A stretch of DNA of 64,000 bases from the NCBI GenBank assembly GCA_965230955.1, contig OZ246404.1:161184-225183 (forward strand), in the 5' to 3' direction. Positions 47,305-57,358 of this stretch are shown here, one piece after another. Position numbers and translations under genes: made by a program. The notes under the pieces were generated by a model, which was not told where the DNA came from, did no database searches, and worked only from the letters and a program-made list of their open reading frames with translations. Numbering within the stretch: position 1 is the first letter of the stretch; each line of letters begins with the position of its first letter. The stretch is from an uncultured Candidatus Saccharibacteria bacterium (GTDB taxonomy: Bacteria > Patescibacteriota > CALEFQ01).

Positions 47305-50300
47305 ATGACAACCAACAGGATTTTTTTGGCGCTAACCTTGGGGCTAGCCTTGGTTTTTGCGTTAGTGCTGGCTTCTCCGGCCTCCGCGGCCTATGGCGAC
47401 GTCACCACTTTTGCCTCCGAACCATATTGGGGAGATGGATATAATGCCACCGAGGCATTTTTAGATTTCCCGGAAGGTCTGTCGCGCGATAGCGACGGCA
47501 ATTTTTATATCGCGGATACTTATAACAATGTCATTCGTAAAATCAAGAGCGACGGCAAGATAGTCACTTTAGCGGGCAGTGGTTCTTATGGCTTTAATGA
47601 AGCCAAAGGAGCGGCGGCGGAATTCGCCATGCCGCGCGGAGTGGCGGTTGATTCCAACGGCTATGTTTATGTCGGCGATACCGAAAACAATCGGATCCGA
47701 AAAATCGCGCCCGACGGCACCACTTCGACGCTGGTCAGTTCCGGGATCAAAACTCCCGCCGGTCTGTCGGTGAGCGGATCTAACTTATATTTCTGCGACA
47801 GCGGCAATGGCGCGGTCAAAGTGATGAAAACCAGCGGCGGCGCCGTCTCGACGCTAAAATCCGGCTTCAATAATCCTCAAGCGGTTCATGTTTCCGGCGA
47901 CTGGGCTTATATTTCCGATACCAATAATAATCGAGTGGTCAAAGTCCATTTAGGGAACAAGTCGCAGGAAACTATTGTTGATGAAGGTCTCAGTCGGCCG
48001 AACGGTTTGTGGAAAGACAGCAATTATCTTTATATTTCCGATGATTTGCATGACTCGGTAAAAAAAGTCCACTTGGATACCGGCGTAATGACGACTTTTT
48101 CCGACGATGACACCATGACCACCGTGAATTTTCCTCACGGAATAGTGGCGCATGACGGTTACGTCTATGTGATAAATACCGGTATCGGCACTCTGCAAAA
48201 ATTTCGCCAGAGCGACGGTTATACGACGGTTCCCAACGACACGGTCGCGGGAGCGGATCGTTTCAATTATCGCAACGGCAGTAACGGCGCGCTGACCATG
48301 CTGGGACGCCCGTATGTCATGGCCAAACATAGCAATACTCTTTATGTCGCGGAAAATAACAAAATTCGCATGGTGGATGTCGAGACCGGCGGATCTTCGT
48401 TCTTGATCGGCAATAGTGTCGATAATTACAAAGAAAGTACGGGATCCGATGCGCGTTTCAGTACGATCCAGGGTATCGCCGTGACGGACAATGGCCAGGA
48501 CTTATATGTGGCGGATCGTTTCAATAATCGTATCCGCCGGGTCAGCGTCGATGAAAAGAAATCATATCTTATTTCCGGCACGGGCGAGACAAATACCACC
48601 GGCCCGTCCAACGGGTATAAAGAAGGAAATGCCGATGAAGCCAAATTCGCCAATCCGACCGGGGTTGTTTTGTCCCATGACGGATCAACTCTCTATGTGG
48701 CTGACACCGGAAATAATCGTATTCGATCGGTCCGGCTGAGCGATGGCCGCACGGAATTGATCGCCGGCGACGGTACGGCCGGTTATCGCGATGGCGCCGG
48801 CAGTCAGGCGCGTTTCAACAAACCGGTTGGAATTGATTTGGATCGGGATGAAGGACGCTATCTCTATATCGCTGATACGAATAATCACCGGATTCGCGAG
48901 ATAGATCTGGATACCAATAAAGTACGGACAGTTGCCGGTTCCGGACAAGCGGGCTATAAAAATGCCACCGGCACCGCGGCTTATTTCTCTTACCCGGAGT
49001 ATTTGGCGGTCTCCAACGACGGCAAATTATATATTTCCGAAGTCGGTAGCCATCGGATCCGCTGGACTGACCCGGCCAGCGGCGAAGTGCGGTTGGTTGC
49101 CGGTAGCGGTAATCGCGGCTACAGAAACGGCAGCCGGACGTCGGCCGAATTTAATAATCCGAAAGGAATCGTGGCCGATGTCGATAACAAACGAATTTTT
49201 GTGGCCGACTCGTGGAATGACGTGATTCGCCGGGTAACAATCTCCAGCACTACGCCGCCGTATTCCGAATCGGCTCCCTCGGTCAGCTCTTGCGTACCGG
49301 CGACCAAAGTCCATGACGGAAATTTGACTTATACTTATATCAAAGTTTTGGGCAGTAATCTCCAGCACGGGGTGACGGTGAAATTCAATAATGTCAACGC
49401 CACGGCTTACTTGGTGAACAGCCAGGAACTGGTGGCAAAAATTCCTTTCGCGTCAATGCAGCCCGGCTGGTATCATGTCACGGCAAAAAATGTTGATGGA
49501 CAAACCGGGACAAAGAACATGGGTTTCGGTATTGCCAATACCGACGGCACTATTCCAAATGTTTTCCCCGGCGCGACAGACGAAACAATCAAGCCGGCGG
49601 CGAAAGGTTTCAGCTTTTACGCGTATTCGGCCGCTCTGCGCGGCGGGTTTTATTCGGCCGTGGGTAATGTGATGGGAGATTCGGCCGAAGAAATCGTCAC
49701 CGGGACTTCGTCCGGCATGGGACCGCAAGTGATGGTCTACGACAAAAACGGCAAACTTAAATCAAGTTTCTTTGTTTATGCCAAGCACTTGCGCAGTGGC
49801 GTGCGAGTGGCGGTGGGTGATGTTGACGGCGACGGCATGGGCGAAATTGTTGTCGGTCCCGGCTCGGGTGGCCGGCCGCATATCAGAATTTTCAACGGCT
49901 ACGGCCAAGCTGAATATCCCGGTTATTTCGCGCTGGACAAAAAATTCACCGGCGGCGTCTGGGTGGCGACCGGCGATGTCAATGGCGACAGCAAAGAAGA
50001 AATTATCGTGACGCCGGCCAAAGGCGGCGGCCCGCAAGTGACGATTCACGACCAGTACGGAAAAATTTTGGGAAATTTCTTCGCTTATGCCAAAGGTTAT
50101 CGTGACGGGGTTCATGTGGCGGCGGCGGATACCGACGGCGATGGAGTGGATGAGATCGTAACCGCGCCGGATTTTGGCGGACGAGTATCGGTGCGGATCT
50201 TTAAGCGCAACGGTATTCAGGTCGGCGGATTCTATCCTTTCGGTGTCGGCTTTGGGGGCGGTATCAGCGTGGCCGGGGGAGATATTGACGCCAACGGCAA

Positions 50301-50529
50301 AGACGAGGTCATTGTCGGTGCCGGACCGGGCGGTGGTCCGCTGGTGCGAGTGCTTAATCAGAGCGGAACGTCAGTGACGCCAAACTTCTACATGTATCCT
50401 TCCAATTTCCGCGGGGGAGTGAATGTGTCGGCCGGCGATGTGGACAAGGACGGCAAAGCCGAAATTATCGGCGCGCCGGCCTATGGCGGCGGGCCAAACT
50501 TCAGAGTAATTAATCCCGACGATTTGTAA
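47305..50529 (+). CDS. Giant secreted protein with NHL repeats, an IPT/TIG-like domain and FG-GAP/VCBS-like repeats
   Basis: Signal peptide MTTNRIFLALTLGLALVFALVLASPASA. Multiple NHL repeats (YIADTYNNVIRKI and variants), then GDVDGDGMGEIVVGPGSGG-type FG-GAP repeats. Confidence 0.75.
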   Translation: MTTNRIFLALTLGLALVFALVLASPASAAYGDVTTFASEPYWGDGYNATEAFLDFPEGLSRDSDGNFYIADTYNNVIRKIKSDGKIVTLAGSGSYGFNEAKGAAAEFAMPRGVAVDSNGYVYVGDTENNRIRKIAPDGTTSTLVSSGIKTPAGLSVSGSNLYFCDSGNGAVKVMKTSGGAVSTLKSGFNNPQAVHVSGDWAYISDTNNNRVVKVHLGNKSQETIVDEGLSRPNGLWKDSNYLYISDDLHDSVKKVHLDTGVMTTFSDDDTMTTVNFPHGIVAHDGYVYVINTGIGTLQKFRQSDGYTTVPNDTVAGADRFNYRNGSNGALTMLGRPYVMAKHSNTLYVAENNKIRMVDVETGGSSFLIGNSVDNYKESTGSDARFSTIQGIAVTDNGQDLYVADRFNNRIRRVSVDEKKSYLISGTGETNTTGPSNGYKEGNADEAKFANPTGVVLSHDGSTLYVADTGNNRIRSVRLSDGRTELIAGDGTAGYRDGAGSQARFNKPVGIDLDRDEGRYLYIADTNNHRIREIDLDTNKVRTVAGSGQAGYKNATGTAAYFSYPEYLAVSNDGKLYISEVGSHRIRWTDPASGEVRLVAGSGNRGYRNGSRTSAEFNNPKGIVADVDNKRIFVADSWNDVIRRVTISSTTPPYSESAPSVSSCVPATKVHDGNLTYTYIKVLGSNLQHGVTVKFNNVNATAYLVNSQELVAKIPFASMQPGWYHVTAKNVDGQTGTKNMGFGIANTDGTIPNVFPGATDETIKPAAKGFSFYAYSAALRGGFYSAVGNVMGDSAEEIVTGTSSGMGPQVMVYDKNGKLKSSFFVYAKHLRSGVRVAVGDVDGDGMGEIVVGPGSGGRPHIRIFNGYGQAEYPGYFALDKKFTGGVWVATGDVNGDSKEEIIVTPAKGGGPQVTIHDQYGKILGNFFAYAKGYRDGVHVAAADTDGDGVDEIVTAPDFGGRVSVRIFKRNGIQVGGFYPFGVGFGGGISVAGGDIDANGKDEVIVGAGPGGGPLVRVLNQSGTSVTPNFYMYPSNFRGGVNVSAGDVDKDGKAEIIGAPAYGGGPNFRVINPDDL

Positions 50530-50537
50530 ATAATTAA

Positions 50538-50605
50538 CCCCCCGTCTTCAGGCGGGGGTTTTGGCAATAAAAAGTAAACCCCGGTCGCGGTGCGATCGGG
50601 GTTTT
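50538..50605. terminator. Pair of Rho-independent terminators
   Basis: CCCCCGTCTTCAGGCGGGGGTTTT and CCCCGGTCGCGGTGCGATCGGGGTTTTT. Confidence 0.75.
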
Positions 50606-50632
50606 TGGGGGGAAATTGGCTGTCAGTTTTAA

Positions 50633-50851
50633 TCAGGCGGGATTCATGGTCAATTGACCATTTTCGACCAGAATTTCGGTGGCAGCGCTAAATTTCCCTT
50701 TGATCACTTGCTGAATTCCCGGATAAAGCGAGATGTCGGGCGTATTGTCCGGATCACCCGTTTGATTAACCATGAGTAATCCGTTTTCACCCCAACCTAT
50801 CTGATAGAAAATTCCGGGATGCAGTATGTATGAGATTCCTTCAAATGCCAT
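50633..50851 (-). CDS. Hypothetical small protein (72 aa)
   Basis: AGGAGG RBS upstream of ATG. It ends just before the terminators. Confidence 0.5.
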   Translation of the reverse strand: MAFEGISYILHPGIFYQIGWGENGLLMVNQTGDPDNTPDISLYPGIQQVIKGKFSAATEILVENGQLTMNPA

Positions 50852-50959
50852 AATCTACCTCCTGAGCATTGTTGATGGATTCAGTGTAGTCGGTATTTCG
50901 AAAATGTCAATAAAAAATCCCCTTACGCTAGGCGCAAGGGGATTGGTGTTCGGTGCGAT

Positions 50960-51811
50960 TTATTCGATGACGGGCTTGAGAGTTGGTGATACGGAGTTGG
51001 TGTCGGTAGTGGAAAGGTGTATGGATTCGAGGGAATCCAAGAAAGCCGGGACATCTTTAGAGAGGCGTGTATTTCCGTCGCCACCGGTGGGATCCGAAAT
51101 TCTCTCGAGAATATTCTTGGCATACGTGAAGATTTGGCGAATCCGGCCGATTTCGTGTACGTTTTCCGGAAATGGGATAAGCGCGTTGAGCTTGAATTGT
51201 GGACCGGGTGTAAACACCAGTTTCGGACTGGTCGAAGAGAAACGGATTTGAAAGTGTTCTTTCCCCAGTTGGAAACATATAATCCTGCCTCCATCCGGGT
51301 TCGGAAAAACTTCATACCGCTGAGGATTGCCCTCGATTTCCAAGGGGAGTACCTTCAAGTGCCGAGAGATCAGCCTGGTCATTAATTGTGCCATGGGAGT
51401 GATGACTTGCATTTGGCCGGCCATTTTGGCGTTCTCGTTAGAGACTGCCAATTCCTTTTCATGTTTTGCCAGCAGGTCAGTAGTCGATTTCTCGTAGTCG
51501 CCTTTCAGTGCTTCGATGTGATTTTCATGTTGCTTTTCCGTTTCGCCTAAATCCAGATCGGATTGGAGAATAGTATCCGAAATGAATTTTTTCACCTGGT
51601 TTTTGGTTGCAAAGTACATAATAAGGAAGGCGATAACCATAGCCATTAGAACTTGTGCCGGCCATTCGGCTTTTAGCAGATTGCCAATTTCTCCCGGAGT
51701 CAGTGTGTGCAAACCGGAGTAGAAGAAGCGAAATACAAAGCCAATCGCGACACAAAACACACCCCAGAACAGAGACATCAATGCATTTTTCTGAATACTT
51801 ATACTTTTCAT
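50960..51811 (-). CDS. Hypothetical membrane protein
   Basis: GAGGAGG RBS before ATG at 51811 (MKSISIQ). N-terminal TM helices. Confidence 0.55.
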   Translation of the reverse strand: MKSISIQKNALMSLFWGVFCVAIGFVFRFFYSGLHTLTPGEIGNLLKAEWPAQVLMAMVIAFLIMYFATKNQVKKFISDTILQSDLDLGETEKQHENHIEALKGDYEKSTTDLLAKHEKELAVSNENAKMAGQMQVITPMAQLMTRLISRHLKVLPLEIEGNPQRYEVFPNPDGGRIICFQLGKEHFQIRFSSTSPKLVFTPGPQFKLNALIPFPENVHEIGRIRQIFTYAKNILERISDPTGGDGNTRLSKDVPAFLDSLESIHLSTTDTNSVSPTLKPVIE

Positions 51812-52027
51812 TTTTTCCTCCTCAGGAAAAGTGTTTGAGAGTACCGAACTGCAAATAATACTGTTTTTCCTGCTGTTTGTCAATGATTCTGGGCCAGTTG
51901 GGTAAGTCTTTCGTCTTTTTGATAATTTTGCTATACTGATATAGTAATAATCAAAAACAACCAGCGTTTAGTTTCTGTAACTAACGCCCGGAGGCTCTTC
52001 GGAGCTTTCGGGAACAAAAAGAAAACT

Positions 52028-52786
52028 ATGACCCAATCACTAAAAGTGATGCTCGTCGCGTCTCTCTGCGCCGCTTTTGCGGTCGGAACGACGTACGTGG
52101 TCTTTGCGGCTTCATCGGTCGGCGATGCGGCTTCTCGTAGCGAAGACAATGTCTTCACCTCTATCACCAACTGGTTCAAAAAAGGAATCAAAATCGGTGA
52201 GCAGGGGACCGGCGGTGTGACGTACTACAATGGTACGATCGTCAACAACACCACTAATACCAGTGGCAACGACAATCCCGTCACGGTCGGTGACAGCATG
52301 CGCGTTGATGGCATGTTATATCGCATCGAAGTCGGTGGAACTTACCCGCTCAAAATCGCGGACAGTATTGTTCCCAACACGAGCGCAACTTACTCTCTCG
52401 GCACCTCGACCTATCAATGGAAGGATCTTCATATGAGCGGTGACGCGACCATTCACGGCGGTGTGACTCAGGATCGAGCAGATTTTGGCACCGCTAAAGC
52501 CGCGGCGACTATCGCTTCCGGCGCGACCGTCACTCGCAGTGTCGAAAATATCGCTGATGGCGATCATGTCGCCAGCGTGTCCAGTTCTTTGACCGGCGTC
52601 TATATTGTCGATTTCAACTTCACGGTTGATGATCGCTATATCGTCGTGACTCCTCACGGCGCGGCGGCTGGTGTTTATCCGGCGGCGACTTACTCGGCTT
52701 CCGGCGAAACAGTGACTGTCAGTATCGCTAATGTAGCGGCTGGTGGAGCCTTGGTTGCCAGTGGTTTCGACATCGTCGTTTACTAA
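52028..52786 (+). CDS. Hypothetical secreted beta-rich protein
   Basis: Signal peptide MTQSLKVMLVASLCAAFAVGTTYVVFAA. Thr/Gly/Val-rich composition. Confidence 0.55.
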   Translation: MTQSLKVMLVASLCAAFAVGTTYVVFAASSVGDAASRSEDNVFTSITNWFKKGIKIGEQGTGGVTYYNGTIVNNTTNTSGNDNPVTVGDSMRVDGMLYRIEVGGTYPLKIADSIVPNTSATYSLGTSTYQWKDLHMSGDATIHGGVTQDRADFGTAKAAATIASGATVTRSVENIADGDHVASVSSSLTGVYIVDFNFTVDDRYIVVTPHGAAAGVYPAATYSASGETVTVSIANVAAGGALVASGFDIVVY

Positions 52787-52805
52787 TTCTGTTTTCAGGA
52801 TCGAT

Positions 52806-52839
52806 AAAACCCCTGCGCTATCATGCGCAGGGGTTTTTG
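52806..52839 (+). terminator. Rho-independent terminator
   Basis: AAAACCCCTGCGCTATCATGCGCAGGGGTTTTTG. Confidence 0.8.
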
Positions 52840-52919
52840 TGTTGTGGGGTCGCAGTTTGCAATAATTATCGACTATGCTATTCTGTAAAAAATCTCTGAC
52901 AGGTGGAAAGGAGGTTCGT

Positions 52920-53153
52920 ATGTTAGAGAATATCGTTTGGTGGCAATACTTAATCTGGTTTGGAGCGGGTATTCTCATGGTCCGGCTTTGGTTCTTTACG
53001 CTGGATAATGAAGGTATCGTGAAGGGCTCTTTTTCCTCGGTCTGCCGTTCGGCACCGTTCAAAGCTGCGGTTTGCATCTCCTTGTGTGTTTTGTTTGGTC
53101 CGTTTTCCTTTGTGCTGTTCTGTATTTTCTGGATTGTCCTGGCCAACCGATGA
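52920..53153 (+). CDS. Small membrane protein (77 aa)
   Basis: GGAAAGGAGG RBS. Two TM helices. Confidence 0.5.
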   Translation: MLENIVWWQYLIWFGAGILMVRLWFFTLDNEGIVKGSFSSVCRSAPFKAAVCISLCVLFGPFSFVLFCIFWIVLANR

Positions 53154-53565
53154 GCTTGTGTTACCGGTGTTTGGATTATTTCCAAACGCCGGTTTTTAAA
53201 AACCCTCAGCTTTTTGCCGAGGGTTTGTGTGTTCCCGGTTTACCGGGCTTTGATGGGAAATGATCGGGATGTGTCTTCCCGCGGTGGTTTGGGAGCTGCT
53301 AAGGCTCGGACGAGAGAGATAAAAAGCCAAGTGCAACTCAGCAACACGAAAACAACCATCGGTATGCGCCACCAGAATTCAGTGAACCAGGTCCATTCCA
53401 TAGGTCACCTCCTGAATAGGGGAATGATCGTATCTAATCAAATAAAATAGAAAAAGTCAAGTCGAAATTTTTTATACCGGCCTTGAGCATATCAAAAACC
53501 CGCCCCGCCGAATTGGCGGGTGGCGGGAATGATTTGCGGGATTAGATAAGTTTCTCAAAAAATAC

Positions 53566-53642
53566 TGGCGGAGCGGACGGGACTCGAACCCGTGACCTCT
53601 GCCGTGACAGGGCAGCGTTCTAACCAACTGAACTACCGCTCC
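53566..53642 (-). tRNA. tRNA-Asp(GTC)
   Basis: GGAGCGGTAGTTCAGTTGGTTAGAACGCTGCCCTGTCACGGCAGAGGTCACGGGTTCGAGTCCCGTCCGCTCCGCCA, with anticodon loop CTGTCAC. Confidence 0.9.
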
Positions 53643-53652
53643 AAATTTTAAA

Positions 53653-53728
53653 TGGTGACGGGGGCCGGGATTGAACCGGCGACCTAGGGCTTATGAGTCC
53701 CTCGCTCTGCCAACTGAGCTACCCCGCC
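53653..53728 (-). tRNA. tRNA-Met(CAT) elongator type, or tRNA-Ile2 if the C34 is lysidinylated
   Basis: GGCGGGGTAGCTCAGTTGGCAGAGCGAGGGACTCATAAGCCCTAGGTCGCCGGTTCAATCCCGGCCCCCGTCACCA. G1-C72 is paired. Confidence 0.8.
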
Positions 53729-53928
53729 TTCGTCCGCCGTAGCCCGCCGAATCGGGGGGCGAGGTGGACTTCGGCGGTCGGGCCCGCCAAACTAAACACG
53801 AGCTTCCGCCATTTGTTTTGAACCAGGCCTTCGCCTCTCGAAGACTTGAGGCTTTTGCCTGCAAGCTCCACATTTGAAATTTAGGAGTTTGCCGGCTGTA
53901 GCCCAAATAGAAGTGAGGGACAAGGGCT

Positions 53929-54003
53929 TGGTTGCGGGGGCCGGATTCGAACCGGCGACCTCAAGGTTATGAGCCTTGCGAGCTGCCTCTGCTCTACCCC
54001 GCG
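53929..54003 (-). tRNA. Initiator tRNA-fMet(CAT)
   Basis: CGCGGGGTAGAGCAGAGGCAGCTCGCAAGGCTCATAACCTTGAGGTCGCCGGTTCGAATCCGGCCCCCGCAACCA. It has a C1·A72 mismatch and is close to E. coli tRNA-fMet. Confidence 0.85.
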
Positions 54004-54154
54004 ATATTTTATACTTGTAAAGTATATACGGAAATAGAACATTTGGCAAGTAGGCGTACCATATTCAATAAATGCCGAAAGCAGGAGGCAGGTGTAGTTG
54101 TTTGACAGGTCACAAAAGGAGGTATAAGGTCTCAGTAACTGGGAGGGCAAAACA

Positions 54155-54418
54155 ATGAAAAAGAAACTTTGGCTGTGGTGTGTGATGTGTTTGATCCTGG
54201 TTGCTTGTGATGAAGGCTCGGAATCAAACATACTCGAAATTGCCGGTCCGTTGGATTCCGGCAGGCCGGGATTGAGTTTGTCGTTTGTCCCGGTCATCGG
54301 TCAAGCGGATTATGATACCGGCGATTGGTATTGGCATTTCCAGCTGATTCTGTCGTCTTTTAGTTCTGAGACCATTTACATTACTGGAGTGTATGCCATT
54401 ACCACTTTCGATTCCTGA
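54155..54418 (+). CDS. Small lipoprotein (possibly frameshifted or truncated)
   Basis: GGGAGGG RBS. Lipobox LILVAC. The terminator is only reached at 54647..54681, after about 230 nt with overlapping ORFs in other frames. Confidence 0.5.
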   Translation: MKKKLWLWCVMCLILVACDEGSESNILEIAGPLDSGRPGLSLSFVPVIGQADYDTGDWYWHFQLILSSFSSETIYITGVYAITTFDS

Positions 54419-54646
54419 CATTGTCCGCGTGATAACCAGTTTGGTTGTCAGGAAATGCATTACTTCTGGTCGGATTTGGGTGTCGGTTGTCAATTGGCAC
54501 CCAGGCAGACCTGCGTTTGGGTGGGGTGGTGGGAAGTCGGTTTCCCCGATGGCGATCTGGATTTTATCGTCACGGGCGAAACGACTTCCGGAATTGATCT
54601 GACTGCCACCGCTCATTTTCGGGGGCACTCTTAGTCAAAATCTGAT

Positions 54647-54681
54647 AATCTCCTTTGGCCACCGGCGGAAGGAGATTTTTT
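54647..54681 (+). terminator. Rho-independent terminator
   Basis: ATCTCCTTTGGCCACCGGCGGAAGGAGATTTTTTC. Confidence 0.7.
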
Positions 54682-54816
54682 CTTGGGCGAATTATCGGTT
54701 ATCCGTAACTTGCCTAAACGGTGGATGAGAAAGAAGGGGTTAATGGTTTTTCGGAGGGCAACGTTAGTTGACGATATCGTCTATTTACAGTAGTTTTGAG
54801 GTATAAGCATAATGAT

Positions 54817-55287
54817 ATGAAAATTCTTGTTACCTTTTATTCCCGCACCGGGACCACAAGAAAAGTGGCTCAGCGACTGAGTCAGGAGCTTGGGGCGGAC
54901 AGCGAAGAAATTATCGATCTAAAAAAACGAGCCGGTTTGGGCGGATTTTTTAGCTCGGGTTTCGATGCCGTTCGGAAAAACAAAGCTTCGATTGATTCAT
55001 TGGAAAATGATCCGGTTGAATATGATTTGGTCGTGGTCGGAACGCCGATTTGGGCCGGTCAGATTGCTCCGGCTATCCGGACATATTTGACCGCCAACCG
55101 CAGTAAAATAAAAAAAGTCGCATTTTTTTCTACCGGCAGTGAAGCGGATCATGAAAAAACTTGGCCCGATATGCGCGAGGCGTGCGGGCAGGCTCCGGTG
55201 GCGACCTTGGCGCTATCGGCCAAGTCGGTCGTGAGCGGAGAATATTTCTCGCGGCTGAAAGATTTTGTGGCCAAGCTCCATGAGTAG
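54817..55287 (+). CDS. Flavodoxin-like fold protein
   Basis: MKILVTFYSRTGTTRKVA N-terminus and VVGTPIWAGQIAP motif. Confidence 0.7.
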   Translation: MKILVTFYSRTGTTRKVAQRLSQELGADSEEIIDLKKRAGLGGFFSSGFDAVRKNKASIDSLENDPVEYDLVVVGTPIWAGQIAPAIRTYLTANRSKIKKVAFFSTGSEADHEKTWPDMREACGQAPVATLALSAKSVVSGEYFSRLKDFVAKLHE

Positions 55288-56914
55288 GAAAATTGCCACA
55301 ATTATTCTCTGGTCACTGATCATCGGCGCCGTAGCGGTTAATCTCGTTTGGATCAGCCTTAATCAAAGTCCGCCGCTTTGGGACATTGCCGGCCATTCGA
55401 ACCGCAGTGCTTATTTCGCCCAGCTTTTGAGTCAAGGTGAGCTTGGGGCGATTTTTAATTTTCAGACGATTTATCCGCCGTTCACTTATTTGGTGACGGC
55501 CTTTTTATTTTTGATCGGCGGATGGTCGGCGCTGATTCCCGCCCTGTCGCTGATACCGTTCTTGATCTTGTTTATTTTGGCCACTTACAGCCTGGCCTAT
55601 AGTTTATTCCAAAAGCGCGAATTGGCCTTATCCGCCGCCGCGCTGTCTTTGGCTTACCCGTTGCTGGCTCATTTCACCCGGATTTACGACCTGGATTTTC
55701 CCCAAGTGGCGCTGACGACCGCGGCGATCGCAGCTTTGTTAAAGACCAAGCACCTGACCGAACGCTGGTGGGTGATTTGGAGCGCGCTTTTAATCGCCCT
55801 GGCGATTTTGACTAAATGGACCGCGGTACTGTTTGTCGCTGTCCCGTTTGTCTGGGAACTGTGTGCCGCCATCAAAAACAGAGTCGGGTGGAAAAAACTT
55901 CTGGTTAATCTGGCGATCGGTTTGGGTTTCATCCTCGCCATCGCTTTGCCTTGGTACTTGGTGCATGGCCGAGAAATATATAATTCCTCGATCGCGACGC
56001 GGAATAATATTTTTTCCGTGCCTTTTGAAAATCTTTGGTCCTGGGGAAATCTGAGTTTTTATGCCGATCAGACGATACGGGGGATTACTTGGCCGCTGGC
56101 CATCGCGTTTATCGTCGGCTTGATTTGCCTCGGGTGGAAATATAAAAAACAATTCTGGTATTTGCTGGCGGCGATCATGCTGCCGTATTTATTTTTGACT
56201 TTTGCCCTTTATTCAAAAGAGAGCCGCTACTTTTTACCAATTTTCCCGTTCCTGGCGATCGTGACGGTGGCGATATTTTTGGTCTGGCGGAATAAGCTGT
56301 GCCTGATTGGGGGAGCGGTGCTGGCCGCGGTCTCGACAGTTTTTTGGCTTCAGACTTCTTTTGGTCTGCCGATAATTTCTCCGACTGCACAAACTGATTG
56401 GAAACTGGCGACCACGTACGGTTTGCAAAAAGTGACGGCGGATAAACCGTATTTCGGATTTACTTATCCCACTCGGTATCAATCAAACGTGCCGGAAATA
56501 ATTGATACGTTAAAGCAAGAAATAGAAAGTACGGCTACTCCCGGGCAGACCATAAAAGTGGCCGTCGTGCCTAATAGCATTTTTTTGAGCGGCCAGCCGC
56601 TGGAATTTTATTCTCGTCTGAACGGGCTGAATGAGCCCAATGGGAAATACCGCCTGGATTTTTCCTACAGTAGCAAGGTGCGGGGAGCGGATTGGCGTGA
56701 TCAAATTGTTCAAGCTGATTATCTGATAACAAAAACCGGCGACCAGGGGCCATTGGTCTGGGGGCCGATACTGCCGGAAATCCGGGAAGCGGAAGCTGGC
56801 GGGGATTCGATTTTTAGCGATAATTTTGAGTTGGTGAAAACTTGGCCGCTAAACGGCATTGAGGGAGAGGATCAGGAGGCGAGGCTGTATCGAAGAATAA
56901 TTGATATAAAATAG
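55265..56914 (+). CDS. Polytopic membrane protein, GT-C-like (ArnT/PMT-type glycosyltransferase fold) with a C-terminal extracytoplasmic domain
   Basis: At least 11 predicted TM helices, followed by a soluble C-terminal domain of about 170 aa. The assignment rests on architecture only. Confidence 0.45.
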   Translation: MWPSSMSRKIATIILWSLIIGAVAVNLVWISLNQSPPLWDIAGHSNRSAYFAQLLSQGELGAIFNFQTIYPPFTYLVTAFLFLIGGWSALIPALSLIPFLILFILATYSLAYSLFQKRELALSAAALSLAYPLLAHFTRIYDLDFPQVALTTAAIAALLKTKHLTERWWVIWSALLIALAILTKWTAVLFVAVPFVWELCAAIKNRVGWKKLLVNLAIGLGFILAIALPWYLVHGREIYNSSIATRNNIFSVPFENLWSWGNLSFYADQTIRGITWPLAIAFIVGLICLGWKYKKQFWYLLAAIMLPYLFLTFALYSKESRYFLPIFPFLAIVTVAIFLVWRNKLCLIGGAVLAAVSTVFWLQTSFGLPIISPTAQTDWKLATTYGLQKVTADKPYFGFTYPTRYQSNVPEIIDTLKQEIESTATPGQTIKVAVVPNSIFLSGQPLEFYSRLNGLNEPNGKYRLDFSYSSKVRGADWRDQIVQADYLITKTGDQGPLVWGPILPEIREAEAGGDSIFSDNFELVKTWPLNGIEGEDQEARLYRRIIDIK

Positions 56915-56998
56915 GTACAGACCGATGAACCCTTGATTTTTAGTGTTTAATTGGTATGATTCCAGTCAGCAACAGTGTTCAGCCACAAGGAGGAAATT

Positions 56999-57298
56999 GT
57001 GAAAACATCGAAAAAGTGCGATGGATACAGCTTGATAGAAATGTTCGTTGTCATCCAGTTGGTCGTGATCGGAGCTGTTTTATGCCCTGTCGTTATGGGG
57101 AATTTCTGGGTAGGGGAAGTTTCGGCGCTGAGAGCTATAAAGCAAGCGGATCCGACCATGGTCGAGCTGGTTATGCTGGAACGCAGGATTTTGTACAGCA
57201 GCCTAGCGGTTGCCCGAGATAAGGATCGACAAGAAAAGACATTTCTGCTTGATGCCAATATTTTGAACCGTGTTGTCGCCACGCTAGAGGAGGACTAG
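56999..57298 (+). CDS. Orphan prepilin-like protein (class III signal G-Y-S-L-I-E)
   Basis: AGGAGG RBS, then GTG. N-terminus KKCDGYSLIEMFVVIQLVVIGAVL matches the prepilin cleavage/methylation motif. Confidence 0.55.
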   Translation: MKTSKKCDGYSLIEMFVVIQLVVIGAVLCPVVMGNFWVGEVSALRAIKQADPTMVELVMLERRILYSSLAVARDKDRQEKTFLLDANILNRVVATLEED

Positions 57299-57358
57299 TT
57301 CGTATAAAATGCCCGAGAGGATCTAGCTCTCCGGCATTTTTTTATAGGTTCGGACGGT

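Noticed and set aside
52316-53185. A 289 aa minus-strand ORF overlapping the secreted-protein gene and the small membrane-protein gene
   Set aside because: It overlaps two plus-strand genes that have signal peptide or RBS support. It is S/R-rich, has no start context, and spans a strong plus-strand terminator.
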